Made by a program: the position numbers and the translations under genes. The notes under the pieces were generated by a model. It searched no databases and was not told the origin of the DNA. It was given only the letters and a program-made list of their open reading frames with translations. Of a stretch of DNA of 64,000 bases, positions 27,711 to 40,490 are shown in pieces; the first letter of the stretch is position 1; each line of letters starts with the position of its first letter. Source of the stretch: Octopus vulgaris (Eukaryota); the NCBI GenBank assembly GCA_951406725.2, contig OX597816.1, positions 42,098,001 to 42,162,000 of the forward strand, read 5' to 3'.

Positions 27711-28689
27711 CTTCAACAATTTGAAATACACCTTGTAAAATACATGTTGTGCATTCTTCGGATGCACAAGACCATATCGGTCTTTCCGCATACAGGATAG
27801 TCCATTAAATATTTTACAAAGTACTTCATCAGAACTAGAGAATAAAAGGGAGAAAGTACCCCATTATTATTTGGAGTAGCAGAAGATAATAACAATGTGT
27901 GTCGTGAGACGGTAATATTGCTACATTTATATATCCCTTTATTGCCATCAAAATATCTAATGCTGCTGCTACACTATGTCTATTAAGAATTAAAATCTCT
28001 TGGAATTGACAGTTAAATTCTAGCTGCCTATGATAAATTTATGTCAGATACTCTCTTAACTCCTAATTCATTATGGCTATAAATTCGTTGTCTACATAAA
28101 GAAACAAATCTCAGAAGTCCTTAAGATAATGGTATATGCCCAATCTATTTTATTATCAGTTAAAGGGGCCTAAAATAGAAAATAAAGGACGCCACAATGT
28201 GATCTAAATGGGCATCAGTAATAAAGGGCGAAAACTATATAATCAAAATTTAACAAAATTTAAATATCTATATATTTTGTATAACAAAAAATATAATTTT
28301 AAAATTTAGAAAGGGATATAAGGATCAAGTAAGATAAGAAGGATATCTACCACCGCCCAATAAAAAGCATAGTCCATTTATAGAAAATAGAATCTTCATA
28401 ATACTTCATCCTAGTAAACTTTTAAGGTAGTCATGAACCAATTAAAACAGTGAGCCCATAATTACATCTAGTTGTAATCCGAGAAAGAGGTACACATTTT
28501 CTAATGACTGAAAATCAAGCATTAAATGCAAAAAAACGAGATAATTGGTTCTGTAACAAACTTATTTAAAAATATAATAATATATAATATAATATATCAG
28601 ATAATGCTTGCAGTGTGTGATTAAATGAAGTCGCCTGAAACAGCCACATACATTGATATTCCTATCACTTATTTGCTTTATATCTATTA

Positions 28690-28862
28690 GATCGCTAGCC
28701 GCTACACATTGTTTATTTTCTCTCCTTGTTTCTTTCTATGTTCCTTTCTGTGGAAGAGCGTAGTCTAGAACGTTAAAGATTTTTGACTTCCGGAGAATTA
28801 TACTAATATTTCTGCGTGTTGTCTACAGCAACTGCCTTCGGCTTTTTTTTTTTGCGAATTTT

Positions 28863-28939
<77 letters not shown>

Positions 28940-29125
28940 AAGTTAATCCAAACAAGAAAACACAGAAAAAAACACAGCAACGCGAGGACGAGGAACAATT
29001 AAAGTATTATTTGACGCTCAGGAAAGAAGGGAAGGAGGGTTTAACGTTTCGAGTGGAGCTCTTCGCCGGAAACAAAGGAGAAGGAAAGATCCCGAGAAGG
29101 GGAGACAGAGGAAAAAAAGAGATCA
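28690..29125. mobile_element. Two related Penelope-like pLTR fragments facing each other across a (TA)n tract, each with a minimal hammerhead-like motif
   Basis: Plus: ctttCTGTGGA agagcgtagtcta GAA cgttaaag (28744-28778); minus: tttCCGGCGA agagctccactc GAAACGTT aaa (29040-29072). Confidence 0.6.
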
Positions 29126-29194
29126 CATGTAGAGTGAGAGAGAGACAAAAAGAGGGAGAAAGATAGAGGGGGGAGAGATATTTCTTTAAAAGTT

Positions 29195-29785
29195 TGTGTG
29201 TGCGCGTGTTCGTTCCTTATGGATTCGAGAACTGAGTTGCCGATTTTGACGTATTAGGTATCAAAAGATTCAATAATCAGTTGGCTACGAAATGAAGAAT
29301 ATTTGTTACACAACAGCTCTTCTTTACTACAAAAACAACCTCGGAAGCGAGGTCCGTTTGCATAAGGTCTGTAGCTAAGGGAGGCAACTCTGCCTGAACT
29401 ATCTTAAAATACATGGAGTTTTATCAAGGAATGAATCTTCGAGGATATATTAGTATTCTTTAGTAGATAATCTTTTAATGTGGGTTACGTTTGTCTGAGT
29501 TTTTTTAGTCCAGAGTTGCCTCTGATGTAGTTATTCTTTTCCTGAAATACTGTAAATCTAAGAGAGTTTGTGTTGTATGTGTGTGTGTGTGTGTGTGCTT
29601 CTGTGTGTGTATGTTCCTTATGGATTCGGAAGCCGAGCTGCTGATTTTGAGGTATGAAATGATTTAGTATTCTTCGGGCATTGATTATTTTTTCTATGAA
29701 ATGCTGTCTTTCTTTTGATGAGTGTGTTTTAAGAGAGATTTGACTCCTATTTGAAGTAGCTCAAGTCATCACATAGACACCTGCG

Positions 29786-29835
<50 letters not shown>

Positions 29836-31037
29836 AGTGTGTGTGTGTGTGTTTCTTTGTTTGTTGTGGTGTAAAAATAGTTTATCTCAGAATATTTTGC
29901 AGAATAATTTTTTAAAGAGATCTGGACATCTTTCTTACCATTAACCATTCAACTCCAAATTACAATTGTTAGTTGTTGGAAGTCAAGTAGACTGAGGTGT
30001 ACGTATAGTGTTATCGTATAGAGTGAAAGTCCAATACGAAGTTTTGAACTCATTATCTTTTGGGTAGTAATCCATTACCTTAAATTTGAAACCATCAAGT
30101 CTTCAAACATTATATTACTGGGTTTAGTGTTCGACTGTCACCATAATGAGGCATCACCTTCAAAAATCTAATTGATTATACTGGCCTCAGTACGTATTTC
30201 ATTCTGGCATTTATTTTATAGATGGGAAGCATTCCGTTGGTTACGACGACGAGGGTTCCGGTTGATCCGATCAACGGAACAGCCTGCTCGTGAAATTAAC
30301 GGGTAAGTGGCTGAGCACTCCACAGACACGTGTACCCTTAACGTAGTTCTCGGGGATATTCAGCGTGACACAGAGAGTGACAAGGCCGGCCCTTTGAAAT
30401 ACAGGTACAAGAGAAACAGGAAGTAAGAGTGAGAGAAAGTTGTGGTGAAAGAGTACAGCAGGGATCACCAACATCCCTGCCGGAGCCTCGTGGAGCTTTA
30501 GGTGTTTTCGCTCAATAAACACTCACAACGCCCGGTCTGGGAATCGAAACCACGATCCCACGACCGCGAGTCCGCTGCCCTAACCACTGGGCCATTGCGC
30601 CTCCACCGGCGCTTTTATAGATATTTGCCTGACAAACAGCTAACTCTCAAGCAGAATGGGACGAAATACTCAATTTAACAAGAAATCTAAACACACGCAC
30701 AAATACACAAATACACACATTAGATGCAAGCATGAGAGTGTCATTGAGAATTTTGCTCCTCAACCACATGGTTCCACGTTCAATCACTACGCATGGTAAC
30801 TTCGGCAAGTGTTTTCAACAATAGCCCTAGGCCAACCACATACTTCTGACTGAATTTGGTAGATGGAAACTGCAGCGTTGTTCATCAGAATTTGACCGAA
30901 AAACTTGTTTATAAAGATGAGCTGTTTGCTTCATACACCTCGTGTGCTGATGCTACCCATAAGGAATCTACAAATAATCAAATTATAAAACGTGTGTGTA
31001 GGGCATAAAACCAGGGCAACACCAGGGTGTAGTGCTA

Positions 31038-31040
<3 letters not shown>
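29195..31040 (+). mobile_element. Fragments of a possible non-autonomous Helitron, interrupted by SINEs
   Basis: Duplicated gttccttatggattcg...gattttga block (about 29212, 29613); 3'-end-like ccagggcaacaccagggtgtagtgctaat at about 31011-31039. Confidence 0.35.
30224..30607 (-). mobile_element. Full-length tRNA-derived SINE family C with 10-bp TSD
   Basis: Head gtggaggcgcaatggcccagtggttagggc (A box) and ggtttcgattccc (B box); ttttatagat at 30214-30223 and 30613-30622. Confidence 0.9.
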
Positions 31041-31073
<33 letters not shown>

Positions 31074-31076
<3 letters not shown>

Positions 31077-31361
31077 ATGATCACGTGACCGACCAGACCA
31101 TCAGATGTTGCTACACATCGCTGGTCACAATGCGTTCGCATTGTTTTAGCCTTCGAACGACGCCACCCCGCTGGCTAAGCGAGCAGGCCAACAGAAGAAA
31201 GAGTGGGAGAAAGAGCGGTGAAAAAGTACAGCAGGGATCACCACCCCCTGCCGGAGCCTCGTGGAGCTATTTAGGTGTTTTCGCTCAATAAACACACACA
31301 ACGCCCGGTCTAGGAATCGAAACCGCGAGTCCGCTGCCCTAACCACCGGGCCATTGCGCCT

Positions 31362-31364
<3 letters not shown>
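31074..31364 (-). mobile_element. SINE with family C head and core but a different 3' tail
   Basis: About 31195-31364 matches family C; 31074-31195 is unrelated to the family C tail. Confidence 0.8.
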
Positions 31365-31408
<44 letters not shown>

Positions 31409-31594
31409 TATATATATATATATATATATTATTCAAAGGATTTCCAAATCTTTCTAGTGTTTTTCTTTTATTTATATTCTTTATAATATCAATGTAGAAT
31501 ATAGAATATATAGTATAAATAGTATATATAGGAAAATGAAATGAAGTACTGATTGTCTTATTGAATAGATGAAATATTGAATATCAACTATTAA

Positions 31595-31638
31595 GGGACT
31601 AGTATACTTTCTTGCATTTAAGCAGTCTTCTAGGTCCC
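31595..31638 (-). ncRNA. Type I hammerhead ribozyme with one extra core nucleotide
   Basis: Minus strand: GGGAC CTAGAAGA ctgc ttaaat gcaa GAAA gtatac TA GTCCC (5-bp stem I, palindromic stem III). Confidence 0.7.
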
Positions 31639-31817
31639 ATGCTATGACAGGAATGTTTCAACTGTAGTTGACTGACTTTTGTCCTTTATATACGTTCTTG
31701 TAGAGAAGAACGTAGTAGTTGTCTGGCTATGTTTAGAAATGATGCCAAATCATTTTTCAATGTTTATCTTTAGAAATGACGACAGCAGTACTTTTAAGGG
31801 ATTTTTGTGTGTTTTAC

Positions 31818-32090
31818 TTATAGATATAAGATTTTTGAACCCCCCAAAAGATTAATTTCGTCTTTGTTAAGCTTGGGTTTGAATTTCTTAATAAAATTCT
31901 TTTCTCTTAGTTTTCTCTTAATTTCATTCAGGTTGTAAAGTTCATGAAATGGGAATATCACAAAAGTTTTCCGACCACATGTTGTAAGATGGTTGCTCGG
32001 TTGTATTTGGCGGACTTCTGGGTTTTCGATTTGTTGCCGATGCACACGTGAGCGTTCTGATAGTGCATTACCTGTCTGGCTAACATACTG
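31818..32090 (-). pseudogene. PLE GIY-YIG endonuclease C-terminal fragment
   Basis: QYVSQTGNALSERSRVHRQQI...SNHLTTCG..FVIFPF...RKLREKNFIKKFKPKLN fits the YIGQT..L..R...H...H...E...I..F.P.LN pattern. Confidence 0.8.
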
Positions 32091-33736
32091 CTAACCCATA
32101 GATAATTAAAGTGGAACGTTTATGACAACCCCGTACTTATGTTATCCTATCCTGTTATTCTTTCTCCAAACCAAATTTAGAATTTTTAATTTACCTGAAA
32201 ATCATGCTTTATTTATTCATGGTGTCGAATTATTCATCCATAAAAGAACGTGCATGAAACGGTTGTAGCGAACCTTAAACCCATTTGTGCTCTTCTTTTA
32301 TATAAACACCATATCTGGATCATTCCCTATATTGACTCTAGAACTGACATGGGATCATGAAACTGCACGCCGGTGTGCTTAGGTACACAATTTCATGTAC
32401 ATGTATAGATTACGTATGTGTATATTTGTGTTTATGTGAAAGTGTATGTATACGTCTGCATATGCATGGCTATATACGGCTGTAAGTGTATATGGTATAT
32501 AAACGGGTGTGTATATCTAAAACCACGCTTGGTGTCCTTCATTTTAAAATAGCGTGATTCAAACGGATCCTAAATAATATTAATAATACTAATGGTAATA
32601 ATATATACATATACACATACACGCGCGCGCTCACACAGACTTTCACATGTGTATGTATATGTGTATGTATGTATGTATTTATATATGTATGTATTTATGT
32701 TTCTATTTATATATCCGTATTACCATCCATTCATAAACATGTGAATCTCCTAGTGTCAATATCAATCTCGCCTCGGCACCGGAATCAAAAGCTCTAAACT
32801 AGCAGTGGGCTCAATCAAATCTTCCAAGACTTTAACTATGAAATATGATTGGAAACTTTGCCTCTATGTCTTCAATACGAATTGATTGTAATATAAGTAA
32901 ACACACAACTGAAAGATTGAAATAAACAGTAATCATTATACCCGCTAAATATAGAAATCGAATTTCGTTAAAATCACGTACTAAAGGTTTAACGATTGAA
33001 GGAAGCGGTGATAATGGATTCTTATACTTGGTTAAAAAAAGAAAATCAAAACAAAAAATGAGTCTGTCATGGTTTAAATGCTTTTTATCCCATATATTAT
33101 ATAAGAGTCATTTTGTGTTAAAGAACAAATACATATATATAAGTATGGCAAAATATAAATTAGAATCAAACAATTATAACGCCGTTATGTCTATTACAAG
33201 GCGGAGGGCAGTTTTATTTTGAATACGTAATGATATTTCATTGCGTGCGTTCATTTGTGGTTGCAAATATATCATGTTTCATTTGCGACGTTATTTCTTA
33301 TTATAAGATTATTATTAGAAAACTGGATAATCTGTTTGGTTTATCAAGCAGACGACATCCGTCAGCTGACATATAAGGCATTACGTCAATAGCGAAAATA
33401 CTGTTCTTTCGGTCACTGCCATTTCAGATAATAGTTAGGGTTTCTGTCATGTTAACTCTTATACAAACTCAAAAGTCTCTTTCATTCTCACGACAAGATA
33501 AAATTTAGAATGATTGTTTACCTTGGCAACGATTGCATAAAATCCTTGTAACTCAGATATATGTCACATATTACCAATATACGTCAAATGGATATGATTT
33601 ACGATTTTCAAAACGAATTATTTCTTGCATTTCTGTAATTGTTATAATGCAATAATTTAACCAATGATACGTTTCTCTATCTCATATTGCATTGTTAAGG
33701 AGAAAAATAGGATGGTGAAGTGACAGAAATACTTTT

Positions 33737-34993
33737 AACTTGGTTGGCAAGAAAGTAATTTTGGTTTGTTAGTGTGAAATAAAAGTCATCTCTTCTCATG
33801 CAAGGAATGAAGTTTAATCAAGTACATATTTTCCATTTGGTTCGATTACCTTTTGTTGTCTTTCTGGCAACTTTATGATACCATGCTCATAGGAATTCTG
33901 GTCCTTGTCAGCCAAAAGCTGAAGCATGAGCGACTTCAAGTCATTATCATTATTGAAAGTCTTATCATTCAAAGAATTTTGCAAACTTAGAAATATATAG
34001 TAGTCTGATGGTGCGAAGTCAGGGCTATGATATGAATGTGACATCACTTTTCAACCTAGCTCCAATAATTTTCTCGAGTTAGTAAAGACGTCTGTTGTGT
34101 AGCGTTGTCATGGTGGAACACTATTCCCTTACGATTTGCCAATTCTGGCCGTTTTTCTTTGATCGATTCCTCAAGTTTCATTAGTTGTTCACAGTAAACA
34201 TCTGAATTTATCATTTAGTTTCTTGGAAGCAGCTCAAAATACACTAAAATCCCACCAAATTGACAGCATATGTCTTTTTGATTCAATTCAGCTTACGATG
34301 TGGTTTGTGCTGGTTCATTACACTTGGACCATGATCGTCTTCGATTCATGTTATTGTAGACAATACACATTTCATCTCCTGTGACGATTCGTTTATATAA
34401 ATGTCAATTCCATTGCGTTTGAGATGTGTATCTCAAATATTGATTCGCTTTTAAGTGAATCTCAACTTATGTGGAACCCAAATTTCGAGCTTCTTAATGA
34501 ATGAGTCCAAGATATTTTAAGTGATTTTCAATTGTTGTGTGTGAAACATTTAACGTCTCTGAAATACCTCGCACAGATATATCACAATCAGACTTCATTC
34601 GGTCATCATCAACTTGAGTAGGTCGACTAGAACGTTGATCATCTTTGAGTGAAAAATCTCCAGAATGGAATTTTTACACCATTTCTAATACGTGCGTCAT
34701 GTTAAGCAATCAACACCATAAACTTCATGTGTCTCTTTGCGATCATCGGCAACTTTCGCGCCTTTACGGAAACCAAATAGCAAAATATGTCGAAAATGTT
34801 CGTATTTGTACTCCGTTTTAAAATTGACACTGAACTAACAGCTGTAAGCAAAATTAAGCGCAATTTGCTTCTAAAGTAAGATAAAAGTAACGGTTATTAA
34901 ATGTGGAAAGGGAAAATAATAAACTTACAAAATTCAATAAAAAAATCGTTACTCAATTTGCGAAAAACTAAATAATTTCTTGTCAACCCAATA
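33737..34993 (-). mobile_element. Full-length degenerate mariner (DD34D) transposon, ~1.26 kb
   Basis: Imperfect TIRs (ttggttggcaagaaagtaatt / aataatttcttgtcaacccaata); N-terminus (ACG)EYKYEHFRHILLFGFRKG from 34816; C-terminus HSYHSPDFAPSDYYIFLSLQNSL...GIIKLPER..KVIE.NGKY; many stops and frameshifts. Confidence 0.9.
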
Positions 34994-35004
34994 CATATAA
35001 GAGT

Positions 35005-35150
35005 AAGGTGGCAAGCTGCAGAATCGTAACCACGCCGACGTTTCTTCCAACATCACGTTCTGAGTTCAAATGCCACCGTGATCGACCTTGTTTTTAATCC
35101 TTTCGGAGTCGATCAAATAAGAAACAGCTGAATCTTCGAGTTCAATTGTT
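35005..35150 (+). mobile_element. SINE family A fragment
   Basis: ggtggcaagctgcagaatcg...gttctgagttcaaat...tcctttcggagtcgat. Confidence 0.7.
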
Positions 35151-35207
35151 TCACAATCTCTTCGAATTTCTTGCTAGCCCCTGTAAGTCAGATTATAGCT
35201 TTCTCTT

Positions 35208-35249
<42 letters not shown>

Positions 35250-35250
<1 letters not shown>

Positions 35251-35649
35251 TCTGTTACTCTTTTACTCTTTTACTTGTTTCAGTCATTTAGTCGAACCTT
35301 TAGTCGAGCAAATCGATCCCGAGACTTATTCTTTGTAAGCCCAGTACTTATTCTATCGGTCTCTTTTGCCGAACCGCTAAGTGACGGGGACGTAAACACA
35401 CCAGCAACGGTTGTCAAGCAATGCTACGGGGACAAACACACATACACACACACACACACATACACATATATATATATATGCATATATACGACAGGCTTCT
35501 TTCAGTTTCCGTCTACCAAATCCACTCAAAAGGCATTGGTCGGCCCGGGGCCATAGCAGAAGACACTTGCCCAAGATGCCACGCAGTGGGACTGGACCCG
35601 GAACCATGTGGTTGGTTAGCAAGCTACTTACTACACAGCCACTCCTGCG

Positions 35650-35652
<3 letters not shown>
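35250..35652 (-). mobile_element. Full-length SINE family B between (TA)n tracts
   Basis: Head ggcgcaggagtggctgtgtagtaagtagc...ggttccgggtccagtccc; (AAGAGTA)-type tail. Confidence 0.9.
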
Positions 35653-35702
<50 letters not shown>

Positions 35703-36524
35703 TTATATACATTCATATATGTTTCGGGTTTTTGAAAGTATAGCGTATAGCATTTGGTGTCTGATGTTTATCAGAATGCAACGCAGTTAGATGTTATCAC
35801 GAATGAATTTTCTACCTCTTGATAGTAAGCTTACGTAATATTACATACAATTACATAATATGTATAATACATGTTTGAGTAATACATAATTGATTTGAAT
35901 CCATTACTGATGTGAAAATGCAGCATACTATGAAAGCATCATGGAGAAAGAGAGAGAGAAAGAGATAGAGCAACTACTTTGCTGAAGTTACGAGATACTG
36001 TTGTTTTGAGACACCACTGATATAGTCATTTCAAATCTCTATGGAAGGCGAGACTTATTTCAGGAACGATCTTTGTACTGTGGAATAAATACGCTGATAG
36101 ACAGGCAAATATAATGCAAACTTTACATAATTTGTCGCTAGCAATTCAGCTATGACACTTACGAGTCCCAGTCTATAGTGACTAATGAGCAAGCAGTTGG
36201 AAAGAGATGAGTCTGAGGATGTGCCTAATAAATACTCTTTACTCTTTACTCTTTTACCTTGTGTCCACAGTTTATGCTAATATTGTTTGATTGCAATACT
36301 CCATTAGAATGATATAATTGGAGCTTCGTGTTCCATAGTGACATATTATACTTTACAAAATCTGAAATCACAGGAGAAATTTTGAAAATGTCCAGCGATT
36401 TCAGAATCCACGAATGTGGTATGATGTCAAAGGCTTTTTTATAATCAATCCATGAAGAGCTGAGATTTCTGCGCTTATGACAGTTCTCAAGGATTCAAGG
36501 ATCATGCGATTAATTAGGAGCTTA

Positions 36525-36526
36525 TA

Positions 36527-36594
<68 letters not shown>

Positions 36595-36640
36595 TATTAT
36601 TATTGTTATATTTATTATTAGTAGTATACTATTATTATTT
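36525..36640. repeat. (ATT)n microsatellite, possibly the tail of an adjacent LINE 3' UTR
   Basis: Repeat directly visible; the LINE link is inference. Confidence 0.9.
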
Positions 36641-36906
36641 TTGACTTTTGATTTGTATTTGTACAAGGTGGCTCCAAGTCTCACCTAGAGACTGCAAGAG
36701 AGGACAGTTAGAAGTTCATGTTGGTGTTATGCCTAGGGTGTCATATATTTGGTTTTGTACATAGCATCTATCTATCTAACTATCTATCTATCTATCAATA
36801 TATCTCCCTCTCTCTCTTTCTCTTTCTCTCTCTCTATATATATACATGTATATCTATATGTGTGTGTGTGTGTGTGTGTACGTTTGTATATGTAAGTATT
36901 CCTATG

Positions 36907-36955
<49 letters not shown>

Positions 36956-36979
36956 TATTTGTATTTATGTGGTGTGTAT

Positions 36980-37037
36980 ATTCCACTGATGGGACCAAGC
37001 ATTTCTTATGCAGACCCAGAAATCAGGGATCTGGAAT
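36980..37037 (+). ncRNA. Type I hammerhead motif (A9 to G variant) in pLTR remnant 36960-37190
   Basis: ATTCCA CTGATGG gaccaa gcat ttctt atgc agaccca GAAA tcaggga TC TGGAAT; homolog of 9875-9933. Confidence 0.6.
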
Positions 37038-37346
37038 TATCTAGTAATTGTTTTGTTAGTATATTTTGTCCTTTGGTCTACTCTCCTGGTGCTGTATGAA
37101 CTTTTAATGTGGTTTTAGAGTCACGTTTTGGTTGCTATTCCAAGCATGGTGGTATCTCCTAGATCCCCTAAATTATAATTTTATATATATGTACATACAT
37201 ATCAATATATATAACAGGAAAATTCTGTCTGTTTGCCCCTCAAAGAAAACCTAAAACCAGACAACACCTGGCTATGATTTTCTTCTTTCTCTATTTGTCT
37301 ATTTTCTCCACTCTTTCTTTCTCTCTCTTTCTTTCTCTTTCTCTTC

Positions 37347-38260
37347 TTTTCTAGGTGAAAGGAAACCTCCAATTGATGAAGAACAATTTCTTGCACTCAA
37401 TCTAATATGTAAATCAACTCATTCCGTCAATGATTTGGTTGATGAAATAATTCCTTATCTTCTTCATAATTACAACAATACTGATTAGATCTGTGAGTGA
37501 GCTTTCCTGTCTCCAAGTTGCAGTGCATAGTATTGATAATATGATACTGAAAAGGTTCCGGGAGAAATAATAAATTATAACTCAATTGACAATGTTGTTG
37601 ATAATGAGGATAGTGTTGACTACCTCATCGAAATTTTGAAATCACTAGAACCACCAGGTACATCTCCTTATTGTTTTCACTCGGAAAAAGGGATTCCTAT
37701 TATGCAGTTGCGTATGTTGTCTCAAACATAATTATGCGGTGGTACAAGAGTAATTGTGCACAAACTTGTGAAGAACTGCAGTGAGGCAAATATTCTCACT
37801 GGTTGTGGTGAAGATGACACCATCTTCATTCCTTGCATACCAGTTATACCACCTAACGTCCCATTACAATTTAAACGGTTACAGTTTTCTATCTGATTTA
37901 CTTTTGCCATAAGCATTATTAAGTCAGGGCCAAACACCAAAAGTTGCAGGATTGCAACTTCAAGAACCATTCTTTTCACATGGTTAACGTTACGTAGGAG
38001 CATCACGTCTGGGATCAACAGCAAAATCTTTTTTCTCATTCACCGCAAAATAACACAAAATATATTGTTTAGAAAGAAATATTCACTCTTAATGCCACAT
38101 GAATACTTCAATAACTCTGTCTACCATTACTATCATTACATTCAAGAATGAGTAAATTACTTAATTCAACTAACTATATTATATAATTGCCATTACTGTA
38201 TTGATAAATATAATGAAAAAATAAAATAGCTATTGTCATATAATAAACAAACATAAGTTC
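37347..38260 (+). mobile_element. Helitron PIF1-type helicase C-terminal remnant, copy 1
   Basis: YNSIDNVVDNEDSVDYLIEILKSLEPPG...GIPIMQLR..*LCGGTRVIV...EANILTG...IFIPCIPVIPPNVPLQFKRLQF..FAISIIKS-GQT, with stops. Confidence 0.88.
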
Positions 38261-38289
38261 ATGAATGAAGATCGCCGCTTTCAAGAGAT

Positions 38290-39518
38290 CAGGCAGCTTT
38301 TAAAACTCAGTGAAGAGAGGGCTCCAGTCGAGGAAGAACAGTTTATTTCATCCGATGCAGTATATAAATCAAGTGATTCGAGGATTTGATGTATGAAACC
38401 TTTCCTAATCTTCATGATTTCAACAATACAGATTACATCGGTGACAGAATTATCTTGCCTCCAAAAACTGTTCTTCTACATACCATTGGATGGATGGAAG
38501 CACTCCGTCGGTTCCGACGACGAGGGTTCCGGTTGATCCGATCAACGGAAGAGCCTGCTCATGAAATTAACGCGTAAGTGGCTGAGCACTCCACAGACAC
38601 GTGTACCCTTAACGTAGTTCTCGGGGATATTCAGCGTGACACAGAGAGTGACAAGGCCGGCCCTTTGAAATACAGGCACAACAGAAACAGGAAGTAAGAG
38701 TGAGAGAAAGTTGTGGTGAAAGAGTACAGCAGGGATCACCACCATCCCCTGCCGGAGCCTCGTGGAGCTTTAGGTATCTTCGCTCAATAAACACTCAAAA
38801 CGCCCGATCTGGAAATCGAAACCGCGATCCTACGACCGCGAGTCCGCTGCCCTAACCACTGAGCCATTGCGCCTCCACACATACCATTAATAATATGCTA
38901 TTGAATAAACTTCCAGACGTCTTCATTTATAACTCAATTGACAGTGTTGTTAATGATCAGGATAATGCCAACTACCCTATCGAATTCCTTAATTCACTAA
39001 AACCACCAGCTCCTCATTGTCTCCCGTTAAAGAGGCACCTATTATGTTATTACATATTTACCTCAACCAAAGTTATGCAATGGCACAAGGTTAATTGTGC
39101 ACAAACATTCGCACCGTTTGTAGTAAAGGCTTATGTACCCCGAAATAAAATAAAAAACATTGTTCATAAAGAAATATTCATTCTAAATGAAAGATGAATA
39201 CCTCAATAACTTCATTTACCATTACTATAATTACATTCAAGAATGAGTAAATTACCTAGTTCAATGAACTGTATCATATAATTGTCATTACTGTACTGAT
39301 ACATAAAATGACACATACATCTCACTTATTATTGTCATGTAATAAACAAACAGAATTTCATGTATAGAAATGAATTGTTTTCTACTTCAATTATTAGATG
39401 GTTTTCTCTTATAAAGATACAAACGTACAGGAGGAGTAAATTATACTTATAATAGTAATTTCAATGTAGCTCCTGATAAACAGTAAAAGTAATTACTTTA
39501 TTACTTTATTTAATGCTA

Positions 39519-39519
<1 letters not shown>
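38290..39519 (+). mobile_element. Helitron helicase remnant, copy 2 (internally deleted, SINE-interrupted), possibly ending in CTAG
   Basis: FPNL...YIGDRIILPPK...INNMLLNKLP...YNSIDSVVNDQDNANYPIEFLNSLKPP; downstream non-coding block matches 38098-38250. Confidence 0.8.
38488..38878 (-). mobile_element. Full-length SINE family C with (CCAT)n tail and 10-bp TSD
   Basis: acataccatt at 38478-38487 and 38879-38888; near-identical to 30224-30607. Confidence 0.92.
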
Positions 39520-39572
<53 letters not shown>

Positions 39573-39604
39573 TAGCATTAGATAAAGTAATAAAGTAATT
39601 ACTG

Positions 39605-39661
<57 letters not shown>

Positions 39662-40376
39662 AATATATACACACATACACACACACGTATATATATATAT
39701 ATATATATAGATATATATACATAGATATATACATAGATTCCTTCATTGTATTTAAAGTAAATAAAAAATCTCACGGAATATTTTGAAACGATTTATTTTT
39801 ATAGATGCAAATACTTATGTAAATATACACAACTACATACATGTTTGAATACACATATACAATATAAATGACGTGTTATATAAATGTTAAATTCAAAGGA
39901 AGCTATTGCAGACGCAATTATAATTACAACATAAAATATTTCAGCTGGAATAGAGGATAAAAAAATCCACGTAAAATATTGTACATATGTGCATATGTGT
40001 GAGTGTTTCAATGCGCGTAGGTTAGGCCGATAAGTGTAGGTTGGTACAAATGTACTGTATATCAATGTATGGATGCCATTGTTTACGTAACAATAATGCA
40101 TAATTTCACAGCATGTCATTCCACATTGTTTGATCTGCAAATGCGACGCATTGTTTTGCGTTGCAATAATATTCAATGATTACACTTACGTTCTCACAGG
40201 AAATGAATAGCATGGAGTTGTTTATATATAGGATACTAATAATTGAATAAAATTAAAGGAGTTGCATTCTTTAGGAAAATAGGAGGTCGGTGAAAAATCA
40301 TAAAAATGTTAAGTATGCTTGTATTTTATATGATAAACAAACATTGCTCCGTAATTACAAGATGATACATACATAC

Positions 40377-40490
<114 letters not shown>

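Larger units (their letters stand above)
31430..32100 (-). mobile_element. Penelope-like element 3' end: GIY-YIG C-terminus plus pLTR
   Basis: GIY-YIG remnant followed by a hammerhead motif, ending at (TA)n. Confidence 0.8.

Noticed and set aside
30530-30607. tRNA-like sequences, also at about 38805-38878 and 45985-46058
   Set aside because: SINE heads: no proper acceptor stem, and they continue into SINE bodies, two of them with TSDs.
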